A stretch of DNA of 64,000 bases from the NCBI GenBank assembly GCA_021850625.1, contig JAJZLJ010000023.1, forward strand, positions 10,219-74,218. The letters run 5' to 3'. A program made the position numbers and the translations under genes. The notes under the pieces are model-generated. The model did not search any database, was not told the DNA's origin, and saw nothing but the letters and a program-made list of their open reading frames with translations. Below, piece by piece: positions 18,498-28,256 of the stretch (positions are counted from its first letter, which is position 1; each line of letters begins with the position of its first letter). This DNA is from Candidatus Micrarchaeota archaeon (lineage in GTDB: Archaea > Micrarchaeota > Micrarchaeia > Micrarchaeales > CABMGC01).

Positions 18498-18977
18498 TTA
18501 TTCCTTTCTAAACAACTCTGCAAGATGGCTAAAAAAAGAGACACCCATAATACTTATTCCTGATAATATTAACATATCACTCGCTATCTTCACAGTATCA
18601 ATAAAAGTGCCATTTTTAACAGTTTCAGTAAAGGTGTTTACCACTGGGAGCGCGTTTGGACTTGTTCTACTTACAAATGCAGAAGCAATTCCTATTCCTG
18701 CTGGAATTGCTACTCCCCAAAAAAGAGAGCCTATACCCTCTCCAATTGTAATTCCGGTATCTTTACTCTTATAACTATTTTTATTAATATTTACTAATGC
18801 GTTATGAATTATGTTGCTTGCCGTTCCTACTGTAGCAACGCTCAAGCCAGCACACGGTATAATTAACTCTGCGTCAAAGCCTAAATATCTCTTGCTTGCT
18901 ACCGCAACACCTGTCAAAGCAACAGTTCCAATTGCAACTCTTCTATAATTTTTTATAGAAATTGTCATATATTTCAC
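18498..18977 (-). CDS. Hypothetical membrane protein
   Basis: Long ORF with several glycine-rich hydrophobic segments. Stop/start spacing of 2 nt with the upstream ORF suggests an operon. Confidence 0.4.
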   Translation of the reverse strand: MKYMTISIKNYRRVAIGTVALTGVAVASKRYLGFDAELIIPCAGLSVATVGTASNIIHNALVNINKNSYKSKDTGITIGEGIGSLFWGVAIPAGIGIASAFVSRTSPNALPVVNTFTETVKNGTFIDTVKIASDMLILSGISIMGVSFFSHLAELFRKE

Positions 18978-18979
18978 AT

Positions 18980-19357
18980 TTAAACTATATTTTCTAATGC
19001 TTCTTTCACATCCTGTTCATTCAACGATGTTACTCCTACTTGCAAAAGCACCTTTCCTCCTATCATTATTGGTTTTTCATCTTGAACTAAGGTTATATTC
19101 CTCTGGCCGTTTTTCAGATTTTCAGTTAATGGCACTGTCTTATTTGGTGCTATGCTTAATCTAAGCACATCACCTTCAACCTTTGGTTGTGCTATACCTC
19201 TTAATGTTCTTTTTAAGGAATCCTGCACGGCATGCTCTTCTTGCTCATTTCTGAAAACAGAAATTAAAGCCGATTCGGAAAGTGATACGTTTTCCACCCT
19301 TTTAGTAGTTTTATTTGTCAACATTTCCTTACCATATATATTTGTGATTTTTTTCAT
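18980..19357 (-). CDS. Hypothetical protein
   Basis: ORF only; no recognisable motifs. Co-oriented and tightly linked to 18498-18977. Confidence 0.35.
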   Translation of the reverse strand: MKKITNIYGKEMLTNKTTKRVENVSLSESALISVFRNEQEEHAVQDSLKRTLRGIAQPKVEGDVLRLSIAPNKTVPLTENLKNGQRNITLVQDEKPIMIGGKVLLQVGVTSLNEQDVKEALENIV

Positions 19358-19521
19358 ATATATGTCTTACTTTAGCCTCATTTTACAATTTACATTAAAA
19401 ATAATTAAAAAATGCTAAAAAATAGCCAATTCAATATACACGCATTTAAAAGGAAACTATATAAACTTTAATTTTTAATATATAGTGGACTATTTATTTT
19501 TAAATAAAACTAGGTATCTAT

Positions 19522-20217
19522 ATGTATCCAAACGTGCAAGCTTATGACAGAGGTGTGATGTTCAATCCAGACGGCAGATTGTTTCAGGTAGAGTACGCAA
19601 AAGAAGCGGTAAGAAAAGGCGCTACCTCTATAGGTCTCATAGCAAGAGACAGCGTAATTTTCGTTGCGCATAAAAACATAACAGAACCATTAGCAATACC
19701 TTCTACAATTCAAAAGGTATTCAGAATAGATTCACACATAGGAGCAACATACAGTGGAATGGTTGCCGACGGTCTTCATCTAATAGATTTTGCAAGAGGC
19801 CGCGCACAGAACCACAGACTTATTTACGACGATGTCAAGTCTATAGAGGCACTTTCAAGAGAAGCCTCTGCGTACATGATGCAGGCAACACAATACGGCG
19901 GTTTGAGACCATACGCTGTGTCTTTATTGGTGGGAGGGATGGACAACGGTCCAAAACTATTCGAAATAGAGCCAGGCGCATCATTTTTAGGTTATAAAGC
20001 AGACGCAATCGGTTCAGGCAAAAAAATAGCCACAGAGATGTTAATGAAGGAGTATAAAGAAAACATGGCCTTTGATGATGCGGTATCTCTGGGAGTTAAA
20101 ATACTTAAAAAGATAAGCGAAGACAAATTAACAACAGAGAGTATAGATATAGGCAGCATAAGAGAGGAAGATGAATATCAGCTTATGACTGCAGACGAGC
20201 TCAAAAACTACATTTAA
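19522..20217 (+). CDS. psmA: Proteasome subunit alpha
   Basis: YDRGVMFNPDGRLFQVEYA N-terminal signature, and position at the head of the exosome superoperon. Confidence 0.9.
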   Translation: MYPNVQAYDRGVMFNPDGRLFQVEYAKEAVRKGATSIGLIARDSVIFVAHKNITEPLAIPSTIQKVFRIDSHIGATYSGMVADGLHLIDFARGRAQNHRLIYDDVKSIEALSREASAYMMQATQYGGLRPYAVSLLVGGMDNGPKLFEIEPGASFLGYKADAIGSGKKIATEMLMKEYKENMAFDDAVSLGVKILKKISEDKLTTESIDIGSIREEDEYQLMTADELKNYI

Positions 20218-20232
20218 TCTTAATTGATTTTT

Positions 20233-20919
20233 ATGTCTAAGACAGTAGTAGCCAAGTATTCGCATATGGGCGAGGAATTTGAGATTTTTGTAGATTCTGA
20301 TTTGGCTTACGACTACATTACTGGAAAAATAAAGGATCCGATGAAGGTTCTTCAAGCAGAGGAGGTATTCAAAGACGCAAACAAAGGAGAACGACAATCA
20401 CAAGATAAGGTTAAAAAAATATTCAATACTATCGACATATCTCAAATTGCAGATATAATATTAAAAAAAGGACAGGTTCCTATAACAACAGAACAAAGGA
20501 ATAAGCTTATAGAGGAGAAAAGAAAACAGATAATAAATATAATTGCAACTAACTCAATAGATCCAAGAACAAAGGCACCCCACACACCACAAAGAATAGA
20601 AAACGCAATGACAGAAGCAAAAATAAACGTGGATCCATTTAAGGGTGCTAATGAACAGGTCGAAGGGGTTCTTGACAAGATTAATACTAAATTACCTATA
20701 AAATTTGCAACGGTAAAGCTGGAGATCCAAATTCCGGCTGCTTATGCAAATAGATGCTTTGGAACATTGAAGCATTATGGCATGAAGTCAGAAGAGTGGC
20801 TTTCAAATGGCTCTTTAAAAGCAAAGTTGGAGTTTCCGGCTGGGCTAAGAGACGAGGCTTTCGATAAGCTTAACTCATTGACAAAAGGCGAGGTAGAAAT
20901 TAAAATAGAAGAGGCGTAA
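20233..20919 (+). CDS. SBDS-family ribosome maturation protein
   Basis: VVAKYSHMGEEFEIFVD FYSH-domain-like N-terminus and conserved superoperon position. ATG at 20233 preferred over TTG at 20224. Confidence 0.75.
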   Translation: MSKTVVAKYSHMGEEFEIFVDSDLAYDYITGKIKDPMKVLQAEEVFKDANKGERQSQDKVKKIFNTIDISQIADIILKKGQVPITTEQRNKLIEEKRKQIINIIATNSIDPRTKAPHTPQRIENAMTEAKINVDPFKGANEQVEGVLDKINTKLPIKFATVKLEIQIPAAYANRCFGTLKHYGMKSEEWLSNGSLKAKLEFPAGLRDEAFDKLNSLTKGEVEIKIEEA

Positions 20920-20922
20920 TAA

Positions 20923-21567
20923 ATGAGAAAAATAGTTATTCCAGGAGAATTAATAGATGAAAAACCACTTAGAATATTAGATTCTATAGTAGAAAACAAT
21001 AAAACATACTCTACAATAATGGGTTTATACGACGATGAAAAGAAAAGTCTTATTCCTTTAGAAGGATTATGGTATCCTAATAGAGATGATCAGGTTATAG
21101 GTATAATAGAGGAGTCAAAACTTAATACAGAAACAGTAATACTTAACGCTCCATATAAAGGACTTATAATCTCAAAATACTCAGAAGGAAAGATGGCAAG
21201 TGGCGACTTTATAGAAGCGTCTGTAAAGGAGTTGGATAAGACCGGAACTGTAATACTAACAAGACCAAGAACATTAAGAGGCGGAAAGATAATAAAAATA
21301 AAACCTTCAAAGATTAATAGGCTTCTTGGCAAAAACAACACAATGATAAGGCAGATAAGCGAGGGCACAGGCACACGAATAATTCCAGGCCTTAATGGAA
21401 TGATCTGGCTTAATGATGGAAACATAGACCTTGCAATAGATGCAATAAATACAGTATGTAAAGAGGCGCATACTTCTGGTCTAACTGAAAGGATAGGAAA
21501 TATGTTAAAATCTACAAAGTCAACAACCATAATAACCGAAGAAAAGGTAGAAGAAGAGATGATATAA
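20923..21567 (+). CDS. rrp4: Exosome complex RNA-binding protein Rrp4 (S1 + KH)
   Basis: IVIPGELI N-terminus, S1-like YPNRDDQVIGII, and KH-like KPSKINRLLGKNNTMIRQISEGTGTRIIPGLNGMIWL. Confidence 0.8.
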   Translation: MRKIVIPGELIDEKPLRILDSIVENNKTYSTIMGLYDDEKKSLIPLEGLWYPNRDDQVIGIIEESKLNTETVILNAPYKGLIISKYSEGKMASGDFIEASVKELDKTGTVILTRPRTLRGGKIIKIKPSKINRLLGKNNTMIRQISEGTGTRIIPGLNGMIWLNDGNIDLAIDAINTVCKEAHTSGLTERIGNMLKSTKSTTIITEEKVEEEMI

Positions 21568-22301
21568 TGAAAGGAAATATTGAGTTAATAAAAAATGGCA
21601 AAAGACTTGATGGAAGACTTGCCGGAGATTTAAGAGATATAAAAATCAAGACTAATGTAGTAAAGAATGCACAAGGTTCTGCATATATAGAATGGGGCAA
21701 CAACAAAATAATAGCAGCTGTTCATGGGCCTTCAGAGGCTTTGCCAAGACACACTGCCAATCCAAACAAAGCAGTTGTAAAGTGCAGATATATGATGGCA
21801 CCATTTTCATCAAGCGAGGAGCATGGACGCAGCGGAATGAACAGACGAGCAATAGAGATATCAAAGGTAACCGGAGAGGTATTTGAAAATGTCATACTAC
21901 GCGATCAATTTCCAGGAACCGAAATTAATCTTTATATAGAGGTTCTACAAAGCGACGGAGGTACTCGTGCAGCAGGAATAACCTGCGCCGCAGTAGCACT
22001 AGCTGCTTCTGGAATACCAATGCGCGATCTTCCCTACTCTGTTTCAGCAGGAAAGGTGGGAGACACAGTTATACTTGATCTTAATAAAATAGAGGATAAT
22101 TACTCAGATGCAGATATGCCTGTTGCAATTCTTCCACGAAACAACGAGATAGTGCTACTTCAGATGGATGGTTCCTTAACTACAAAACAATACTCAGACG
22201 CAATGGAGCTTATAATTGAATCAGGAAAGAAGATCTCTGCTATTCAGAGAACTGCCTTGCTAGAACCATATGTGGCTTCTGAAAATAAAAATAAAGGTTG
22301 A
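21567..22301 (+). CDS. rrp41: Exosome complex exonuclease Rrp41 (RNase PH-like)
   Basis: RLDGRLAGDLRDIKIKTNVVKNAQGSAYIEWGNNKIIAAVHGP and SDGGTRAAGITCA motifs. Confidence 0.9.
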   Translation: MKGNIELIKNGKRLDGRLAGDLRDIKIKTNVVKNAQGSAYIEWGNNKIIAAVHGPSEALPRHTANPNKAVVKCRYMMAPFSSSEEHGRSGMNRRAIEISKVTGEVFENVILRDQFPGTEINLYIEVLQSDGGTRAAGITCAAVALAASGIPMRDLPYSVSAGKVGDTVILDLNKIEDNYSDADMPVAILPRNNEIVLLQMDGSLTTKQYSDAMELIIESGKKISAIQRTALLEPYVASENKNKG

Positions 22302-22305
22302 GTTT

Positions 22306-23082
22306 ATGCAAATGATAACTAAAGAATATTTAACCGGAAGACTTTCAAAAGGCTTAAGAGATGATAATAGAACACCATTCTCCTACAGAACAATATCAAT
22401 AAGAACCAACGAAATTCCTAATGCAGAGGGCTCTGCCATAGTAGAATTAGGAAATACAAAGGTTCTTGCGGGAATAAAACTTGATGTATCAGAGCCAATG
22501 CGTGATACACCTGAAGATGGAAATATAACTACCTCTGCAGAGCTATTGCCAATGGCAGATGAAAATTATGATATAGGACCTCCAACACCAATCGGAGTTG
22601 AGTTCGCTAGAGTTGTTGATAGAGGAATACGCGCAGCAGGAATACTAGATACCTCTAAATTATTCATAGAAGAAGGAAAGGTATGGAGCGTTTTTATAGA
22701 CCTATACGTGCTTAACAATGATGGAAACATCTTTGATGCAGGTACGCTTGCAGCAATGGCAGCACTCAAAACATGCAGAATGCCTAAATATGAGAACGGT
22801 TTAGTTATAAGAGAAACACAAGAAAGATTAACCACAAACAATATAGTTACATCCTGTACATTCGTAAAGGTTCCAGGAGCTAAAATTATAGATCCGACCT
22901 CTAACGAGGAGGAGCTTGCTGACGCTAGAATAACAATAGCTAATGATTTTGATGTAATTCGCGCAATGCAAAAGGGCATGTCTGGAGCGTTCACGACAAA
23001 GGAAGTTAATGAATTAATAGAAACTACCTTCGATAAATCAAAAGAGCTTGTAAATATACTTAAAAAGAATACCGGTGATTGA
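22306..23082 (+). CDS. rrp42: Exosome complex subunit Rrp42 (RNase PH-like, inactive type)
   Basis: RDDNRTPFSYRTISIRTNEIPNAEGSAIVELGNTKVLAGIK. ATG at 22306, 4 nt after the rrp41 stop, preferred over the overlapping 22270 start. Confidence 0.85.
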   Translation: MQMITKEYLTGRLSKGLRDDNRTPFSYRTISIRTNEIPNAEGSAIVELGNTKVLAGIKLDVSEPMRDTPEDGNITTSAELLPMADENYDIGPPTPIGVEFARVVDRGIRAAGILDTSKLFIEEGKVWSVFIDLYVLNNDGNIFDAGTLAAMAALKTCRMPKYENGLVIRETQERLTTNNIVTSCTFVKVPGAKIIDPTSNEEELADARITIANDFDVIRAMQKGMSGAFTTKEVNELIETTFDKSKELVNILKKNTGD

Positions 23083-23313
23083 TTGGCAAATAAAAGCATA
23101 AGATACGGAGTCAACCTAAGAAAAAGGGAGGCATCTGTAATAAAACAGAAAAATACAAAGTATAAGTGCGATGTATGTGGCAAGGAAGCCGTAAAAAGAG
23201 TTAATGTAGCTATATGGAATTGCAGTTACTGCAACGCCACCTTTGCTGGAGGCGCATATACCTATAAGACCTCAAGCGGAGATACTGCAAAGAAGATACT
23301 CGGAAGAAATTAA
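23083..23313 (+). CDS. rpl37ae: Ribosomal protein L37Ae (eL43)
   Basis: IRYGVNLRKRE plus zinc ribbon YKCDVCGK...WNCSYCNATFAGGAY. TTG start directly after the rrp42 stop. Confidence 0.85.
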   Translation: MANKSIRYGVNLRKREASVIKQKNTKYKCDVCGKEAVKRVNVAIWNCSYCNATFAGGAYTYKTSSGDTAKKILGRN

Positions 23314-23321
23314 ATGATTAT

Positions 23322-23681
23322 ATGGTAAAAATAACCTTTTCTCCAATAACCGAGCTCGTAATACACGAGACAGTAGAGGTTGAAAAGGAGGATCTTCTTC
23401 GTGAAAGGGTTACTCCATCAGGAACAATGCCTCTTTATTGGTGTAATGGGATTCTTTTTAGTTTTTCATCACTACCTATGAGCGAGGAGGTTGTAAAGGA
23501 TTATCTTAACGGTAAGGTTCATTGGCTTGAGATACATTACGCAAAGGAGGAGCGCTACACCCCAATATTATCATTAAGCGAGGAAGAATACAAAACAACT
23601 ATGAATGTAAGAATAATAGATACCTCAAAATCTCAACTTCATAAAGAGCTTACTAAATGGCTAAAAACTATTAAAAAGTGA
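23322..23681 (+). CDS. Hypothetical protein embedded in the exosome superoperon
   Basis: 119-aa ORF between rpl37ae and rpoP, tightly spaced on the same strand. No motif recognised. Confidence 0.4.
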   Translation: MVKITFSPITELVIHETVEVEKEDLLRERVTPSGTMPLYWCNGILFSFSSLPMSEEVVKDYLNGKVHWLEIHYAKEERYTPILSLSEEEYKTTMNVRIIDTSKSQLHKELTKWLKTIKK

Positions 23682-23685
23682 TTAA

Positions 23686-23820
23686 ATGGTATATGTTTGC
23701 ATGCATTGCGGAAAAGAACTCAAAGCACTTGAAAAAAACAGTATTCGTTGCCCTTATTGTGGCTATCGTGTTCTAGTAAAAAAGAGATCTACGCTTGCTA
23801 AAACCGTAAGTACAGATTAA
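23686..23820 (+). CDS. rpoP: DNA-directed RNA polymerase subunit P (Rpo12/RpoP), 44 aa; too short for the supplied ORF track
   Basis: Own translation: MVYVCMHCGKELKALEKNSIRCPYCGYRVLVKKRSTLAKTVSTD. It has the CxxC...CPYCG zinc ribbon with the RVLxKxR tail typical of RpoP. The position after L37Ae is conserved. Confidence 0.75.
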   Translation: MVYVCMHCGKELKALEKNSIRCPYCGYRVLVKKRSTLAKTVSTD

Positions 23821-23871
23821 AAAGAAGAATAAAAAATAAAAGAAAAATATACTCTGAGAAGAGTATAAACT

Positions 23872-24105
23872 TTACTTTCCTGCTACAATATTTTCTGACA
23901 CGCTTTTTACTCTTTTGTAAGCAACACTTCCGGTTCTTAACTCTGTTCTAGGATCAACGCTTCTCAAGAGCTTTTCAGGGTCGTTTATTAAAAGATGTGA
24001 GATACCTCCATCTTCGAAGTTAAGCATAACTCCCTTTACCTCTCCTATAATCCTGCCTTCAGTTGAGATTATCTTTTTTCCATATAACTCAGATATCTTG
24101 ACCAT
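23872..24105 (-). CDS. PRC-barrel domain protein
   Basis: LYGKKIISTEGRIIGEVKGVMLNFEDGGISHLLI matches the PRC-barrel pattern. Confidence 0.6.
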   Translation of the reverse strand: MVKISELYGKKIISTEGRIIGEVKGVMLNFEDGGISHLLINDPEKLLRSVDPRTELRTGSVAYKRVKSVSENIVAGK

Positions 24106-24116
24106 TTTATCACTAT

Positions 24117-24665
24117 TTAAATTCTATTTATTCTTTTAGATGCAAAAATTCTTATTATGTTCTCATTTAATGTTTTAATGAACTTCTCTCTATCTTGCTT
24201 CATTTCTGCCATTTCACTCTCATCAAAAAAGTCCATATGTTCATCTACGAGGCATTCTAAATATCTCTTTGTAAGTGAGTAAGATCTCTGTCCGCAGCTT
24301 TCACACTTGAAAATAGGAAGTACTGGTATCTCGACAATATTCCAAGGTTCAACAAACTCAAGCTCCCTATATAATACCCCTCCGCAGGATCTACATGTTT
24401 TGTTAATGCTTGTTTTTTTCATATCTTTTTTCTCTATTATTTCATAATTATCTCCGAAGTTACTTAAAAGCAGTTCAGGTATTGTGCCTCCCTTTATGTA
24501 TTTTTGTGATATAACACCTTCGTTATAGGAAAATTCACTTACAAGAACTCCTTTATCTGTTCTTTCAAAAATAGAAAATAGCTTCTCATCATTTTTTATG
24601 TAGTTATCTGTTATATACCTGCCCTCGCCTTTTTTATAAAGAAGAAGTTTAGGCATCAGAATCAT
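24117..24665 (-). CDS. Hypothetical zinc-ribbon protein
   Basis: CRSCGG...CESCGQ four-Cys ribbon. Overlaps the histone gene stop by 17 nt, so likely co-transcribed. Confidence 0.4.
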   Translation of the reverse strand: MILMPKLLLYKKGEGRYITDNYIKNDEKLFSIFERTDKGVLVSEFSYNEGVISQKYIKGGTIPELLLSNFGDNYEIIEKKDMKKTSINKTCRSCGGVLYRELEFVEPWNIVEIPVLPIFKCESCGQRSYSLTKRYLECLVDEHMDFFDESEMAEMKQDREKFIKTLNENIIRIFASKRINRI

Positions 24666-24864
24666 TTATTATATACTTTTTAATGTCTTCCCTAGTTACC
24701 TTGCTTCTTCCTTTGTTCTTTGCGTTGTTAACGGCAAATTTAGATATATCGTTGGCTTTTTTTTCAAGTATTTGAGCAAGCTCGTCTGCACCATCCTCGG
24801 TTATTGTAGCCCCGAAGTAACTTTTAACCAGTTTCTTTATAGAACTTTTAGGTATTTTAGCCAT
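24649..24864 (-). CDS. Archaeal histone-fold protein
   Basis: 71 aa. IKKLVKSYFGATITEDGADELAQILEKKANDISKFAVNNAKNKGRSKVTREDIKKYI follows the HMf/CBF-NFY histone-fold pattern. Confidence 0.7.
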   Translation of the reverse strand: MAKIPKSSIKKLVKSYFGATITEDGADELAQILEKKANDISKFAVNNAKNKGRSKVTREDIKKYIINDSDA

Positions 24865-25063
24865 TCAAATCAGCACTCAAGATCTTCATCATTTAATCAG
24901 AAGTATTAAGCTCATCACATATATTATTAAATAGAGAAAATATATATTTATAATTCTTTTTTATTTTTTATTATTATATCTCAAATCTGTTCTTTTTAAT
25001 ACAAATTTTATATATTAATATTTTTGACATTATTAATATAAAACATAACTTCTTTAGAAAGCT

Positions 25064-25071
25064 ATAAATAA
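25064..25071 (+). promoter_or_regulatory. BRE/TATA-like element (gaaagc-TATAAATA) for trxA
   Basis: Located about 35 nt upstream of the ATG at 25102. A GGTG SD-like element lies 5 nt before the ATG. Confidence 0.4.
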
Positions 25072-25101
25072 ACAAAAAACCAAAATATTAGCGGTGTTAA
25101 A

Positions 25102-25416
25102 ATGTTAGATGTAACAGATAAGAGTTTTGAACAAGAAGTTTTAAAATCGAAAACCCCAGTTATTGTTGATTTTTGGGCTCCATGGTGTGGTCCATGCAGA
25201 ATTTTTTCTCCTATAATAGAAGAGGCAGAAAAAGAGTTCCCTGGAAAAGTAAAGTTTGCAAAGTTAAATACAGATGATAATCAGGAAACAGCAGGAAAGT
25301 TTAACATAATGAGCATACCTACTGTTCTTTTGTTTATAAATGGTCAGGTAAAGGCTACCTCTGTAGGTGCTCTTCCAAAAGAAAGCTTCAAGAAATGGAT
25401 TGAGAAAAATATATAA
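25102..25416 (+). CDS. trxA: Thioredoxin
   Basis: DFWAPWCGPCR active site; 104 aa. Confidence 0.9.
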   Translation: MLDVTDKSFEQEVLKSKTPVIVDFWAPWCGPCRIFSPIIEEAEKEFPGKVKFAKLNTDDNQETAGKFNIMSIPTVLLFINGQVKATSVGALPKESFKKWIEKNI

Positions 25417-25425
25417 CTTGATTAA

Positions 25426-26703
25426 ATGGCATCACTTCCAAGAGGAACCTCTGACTTTGCTCCTGAAGATGCAATACTTCTGAAAGAAACAATAGAAAAG
25501 ATAGAGAATATTTATCGCCTCTATGGTTTCTATCCTTTAGAAACTCCTGCGATAGAGCTTATGGAAACGTTGACCTCAAAAGCATACGGTGAGGAAAATT
25601 CTAAAGAATTATTTGTCATAGAAGGCGGAACAGAAGGATTGAGATATGATCTTACTGTTCCTCTTGCAAGATATATATCAATGAATAAAGATACAGTACT
25701 TCCATTCAAGCGTTATCAAATTGGTACGGTATGGAGAATGGACGAGCCGCAGAAAATGCGCTATAGGGAGTTTTTTCAAGCAGACATAGATATAATAGGA
25801 AACGCAGAAATAACCGCAGAGGTCGAACTTATAACAGCTACATGCCGTGCTCTAAATATTATAGATATCAAAAATTTTGATATTTTAATAAATAGCAGGG
25901 TAGTGCTAGGCGGCATTCTTGATTCATTCGGAGTCAAACCAGAACTTCACATCTCTATAATGCGTATAATAGATAAACTTCCAAAGATAGGCAAGGAGGA
26001 AACAAAAAGGCAAATAATAGCAAGTGGCATAACCGATAGTAATGCTACTGAGCTACTAGAGCTTGTACTATCTGATGTGGAAAATGAAGAGAAGCTTGCT
26101 ATCCTTTCAAAGAAGCTAAATGATTGTAAAGCGGAGATTAGCAATCTCTCCAAGCTCATAGAACTACTCAAAAAGCAAGATATAAAAAATAAGATTATAG
26201 TAGATTTATCTCTTGCAAGAGGAATGGATTATTATACTGGTATTATATGGGAGTTTATTGTTACCGAGAATGATAAACGTCTTCCCACAATTGCTTCTGG
26301 CGGTAGATATGATAAATTAATAGGCAATTATCTTAAACGAGATATTCCTGCGGTTGGTTCTTCAATAGGCATAACAAGAGTATTTCCTCTATTAAAAAAT
26401 AAAAAAATAAGAACATATGCCAAAACATATGTGATATATATAGGGAAGGAAAATTCTGAGTATGCACTAGGAATAGCTGATATTTTACGTAAAAATAATA
26501 TATCTACTGACATGAATCTTCTAGAACGGGGGATAACCAAGCAACTTGATTATGCAAATGCATTAAAAATACCCTATGTTTTAATAGCAGGAAATATTGA
26601 AAGAACTGCAAACAAGGTAAAATTACGAGACATGTCTTCTGGCAAAGAAGAATTATTAGATATCAACGAAATAATAACTATTCTAAAAACAAAAAATATG
26701 TGA
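25426..26703 (+). CDS. hisS: Histidine--tRNA ligase
   Basis: PRGTSDFAPEDA, FKRYQIGTVWRMDEPQKMRYREFFQADIDIIG, and GGRYDKL motifs. Confidence 0.9.
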   Translation: MASLPRGTSDFAPEDAILLKETIEKIENIYRLYGFYPLETPAIELMETLTSKAYGEENSKELFVIEGGTEGLRYDLTVPLARYISMNKDTVLPFKRYQIGTVWRMDEPQKMRYREFFQADIDIIGNAEITAEVELITATCRALNIIDIKNFDILINSRVVLGGILDSFGVKPELHISIMRIIDKLPKIGKEETKRQIIASGITDSNATELLELVLSDVENEEKLAILSKKLNDCKAEISNLSKLIELLKKQDIKNKIIVDLSLARGMDYYTGIIWEFIVTENDKRLPTIASGGRYDKLIGNYLKRDIPAVGSSIGITRVFPLLKNKKIRTYAKTYVIYIGKENSEYALGIADILRKNNISTDMNLLERGITKQLDYANALKIPYVLIAGNIERTANKVKLRDMSSGKEELLDINEIITILKTKNM

Positions 26704-26707
26704 TATT

Positions 26708-27217
26708 ATGCCTAAATCAGAGGTAAACGAGGTAACTGAAAAGACCATACATAAAGGTGGTATATTAACAAAGCTTTATTTTGACATGCAAAGCAGCAAT
26801 GAAGCGGAGTTGCAGCCTTTAATGACAGATTTAATTAATAATAAGCTCATGAAATCGGCTGGAGTTGTATACTGCTTTGGTAGTATAGACGAAACTATAA
26901 AATTAGATACGGTATATTCAACAAGCGCAATAGTAACTACCTTATTTACAGATCTTGGCGCCTTGATAAATGCTGTTTTTAATTTTGCTCCTGCAGGCAT
27001 AGAGATTTTAAAACCAGAAAATGAACTTGTTATAAAGACAAATCAGTTACAATCTGTAATGCTCTCTTTATCCGAGATCTCTGTTGACTACTCCAAATAC
27101 ATATTAGAAAGAGTGCTAAAGAAAGAGGAATACGAAAAAGTAATGCTTGATCTAAAGGCTAGAGAAGAGTTAGGTAAAAAATTAATAGGGAAAAAAGAAG
27201 CAGAAGAGAAAAAATAA
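26708..27217 (+). CDS. Hypothetical protein
   Basis: 169-aa ORF 4 nt after hisS; no recognised motif; K/E-rich C-terminal tail. Confidence 0.35.
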   Translation: MPKSEVNEVTEKTIHKGGILTKLYFDMQSSNEAELQPLMTDLINNKLMKSAGVVYCFGSIDETIKLDTVYSTSAIVTTLFTDLGALINAVFNFAPAGIEILKPENELVIKTNQLQSVMLSLSEISVDYSKYILERVLKKEEYEKVMLDLKAREELGKKLIGKKEAEEKK

Positions 27218-27226
27218 TAATATACT

Positions 27227-27312
27227 GCGCCAGTCATCTAGCCTGGTAGGATACGAGCTTCCCAATATCTAGGAATAAGCTCGACGCTCGGGTTCAAATC
27301 CCGACTGGCGCA
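27227..27312 (+). tRNA. tRNA-Gly(CCC) with a 13-nt intron at the canonical 37/38 position
   Basis: Acceptor gcgccag/ctggcgc + A. D arm atct-agcctggta-ggat. Anticodon stem cgagc/gctcg enclosing ttCCCa + 13 extra nt + a. T arm tcggg-ttcaaat-cccga. Confidence 0.85.
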
Positions 27313-27413
27313 TAATTGAATTATAATTTCTTGAAAAAGAATTATTTTCCTAATTAAAAATTCATCTAAAATTATTTATTAATTATTATTTATATTTTAT
27401 TTTTCAACTGTCT

Positions 27414-28256
27414 CTATCCTTTCCTTATTTTTCTTCCAATTGCTTTGGCTACAACCCTTGCATCATCCATAAGCTCTCCGAACTCTTCTATGCTGAGCTG
27501 CTGCTCCTTATCGCTAAGGGCCTTTTCAGGATTATTATGAACCTCTATCTCAAGCATATCTGCTCCGGCAGCTATTGCTGCAAGCGCAAAATCCTTTACA
27601 AACTCTTTTCTTCCTGCAGCATGGCTCGGATCAACTGCTATTGGAAGTCTTGAACTTTCTTTAGCAACTACTATAGCACCAATATCCATAGAAAATCTCG
27701 TAGCATTTTCTATACTTCTCGTACCTCTGTAGCATAGTATTACATTGTCATTTCCATTTGAAAGAATATACTCAGAAGACATAAGCCATTCGTTTACTGT
27801 TGTTCCTAATCCATTTTTCAACAGAACCGGCTTTTTCTGCATTCCTAATTTTTTCAACATGTCAAAATTCTGTGCGTTTCTTGCTCCTACTTGTATTAAA
27901 TCAACTTTTTCTGAGTAAAGCTCTATAAGTTCTGTATTCATAATTTCTGTTACTATCGGCATATTTAATTTTTTACCTACATTTTGAAGTATTTCCAAAC
28001 CTTCAACGCCTAAACCTTGAAAAGAATATGGGGAGGTCCTTGGTTTGAAAGCGCCGCCTCTTAACAAGCTTGCTCCAGCTTTACTAACACCTTTTGCAGT
28101 TTCGAGCATCTGTTCTTTACTTTCAACTGAACATGGGCCTGCAATAATAAGTATTTCATTTCCATGCACTAAACGTTCGCCTATACTAAATCTCTTATCT
28201 GTTTTTTCAAACTCTCTTGAAAATCTATATTTATTTTTATTAATCATAAAAAACAA
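27414..28256 (-). CDS. 3-deoxy-7-phosphoheptulonate (DAHP) synthase, type I-beta
   Basis: [42 protein letters not shown] motifs. Confidence 0.8.
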   Translation of the reverse strand: MFFMINKNKYRFSREFEKTDKRFSIGERLVHGNEILIIAGPCSVESKEQMLETAKGVSKAGASLLRGGAFKPRTSPYSFQGLGVEGLEILQNVGKKLNMPIVTEIMNTELIELYSEKVDLIQVGARNAQNFDMLKKLGMQKKPVLLKNGLGTTVNEWLMSSEYILSNGNDNVILCYRGTRSIENATRFSMDIGAIVVAKESSRLPIAVDPSHAAGRKEFVKDFALAAIAAGADMLEIEVHNNPEKALSDKEQQLSIEEFGELMDDARVVAKAIGRKIRKG

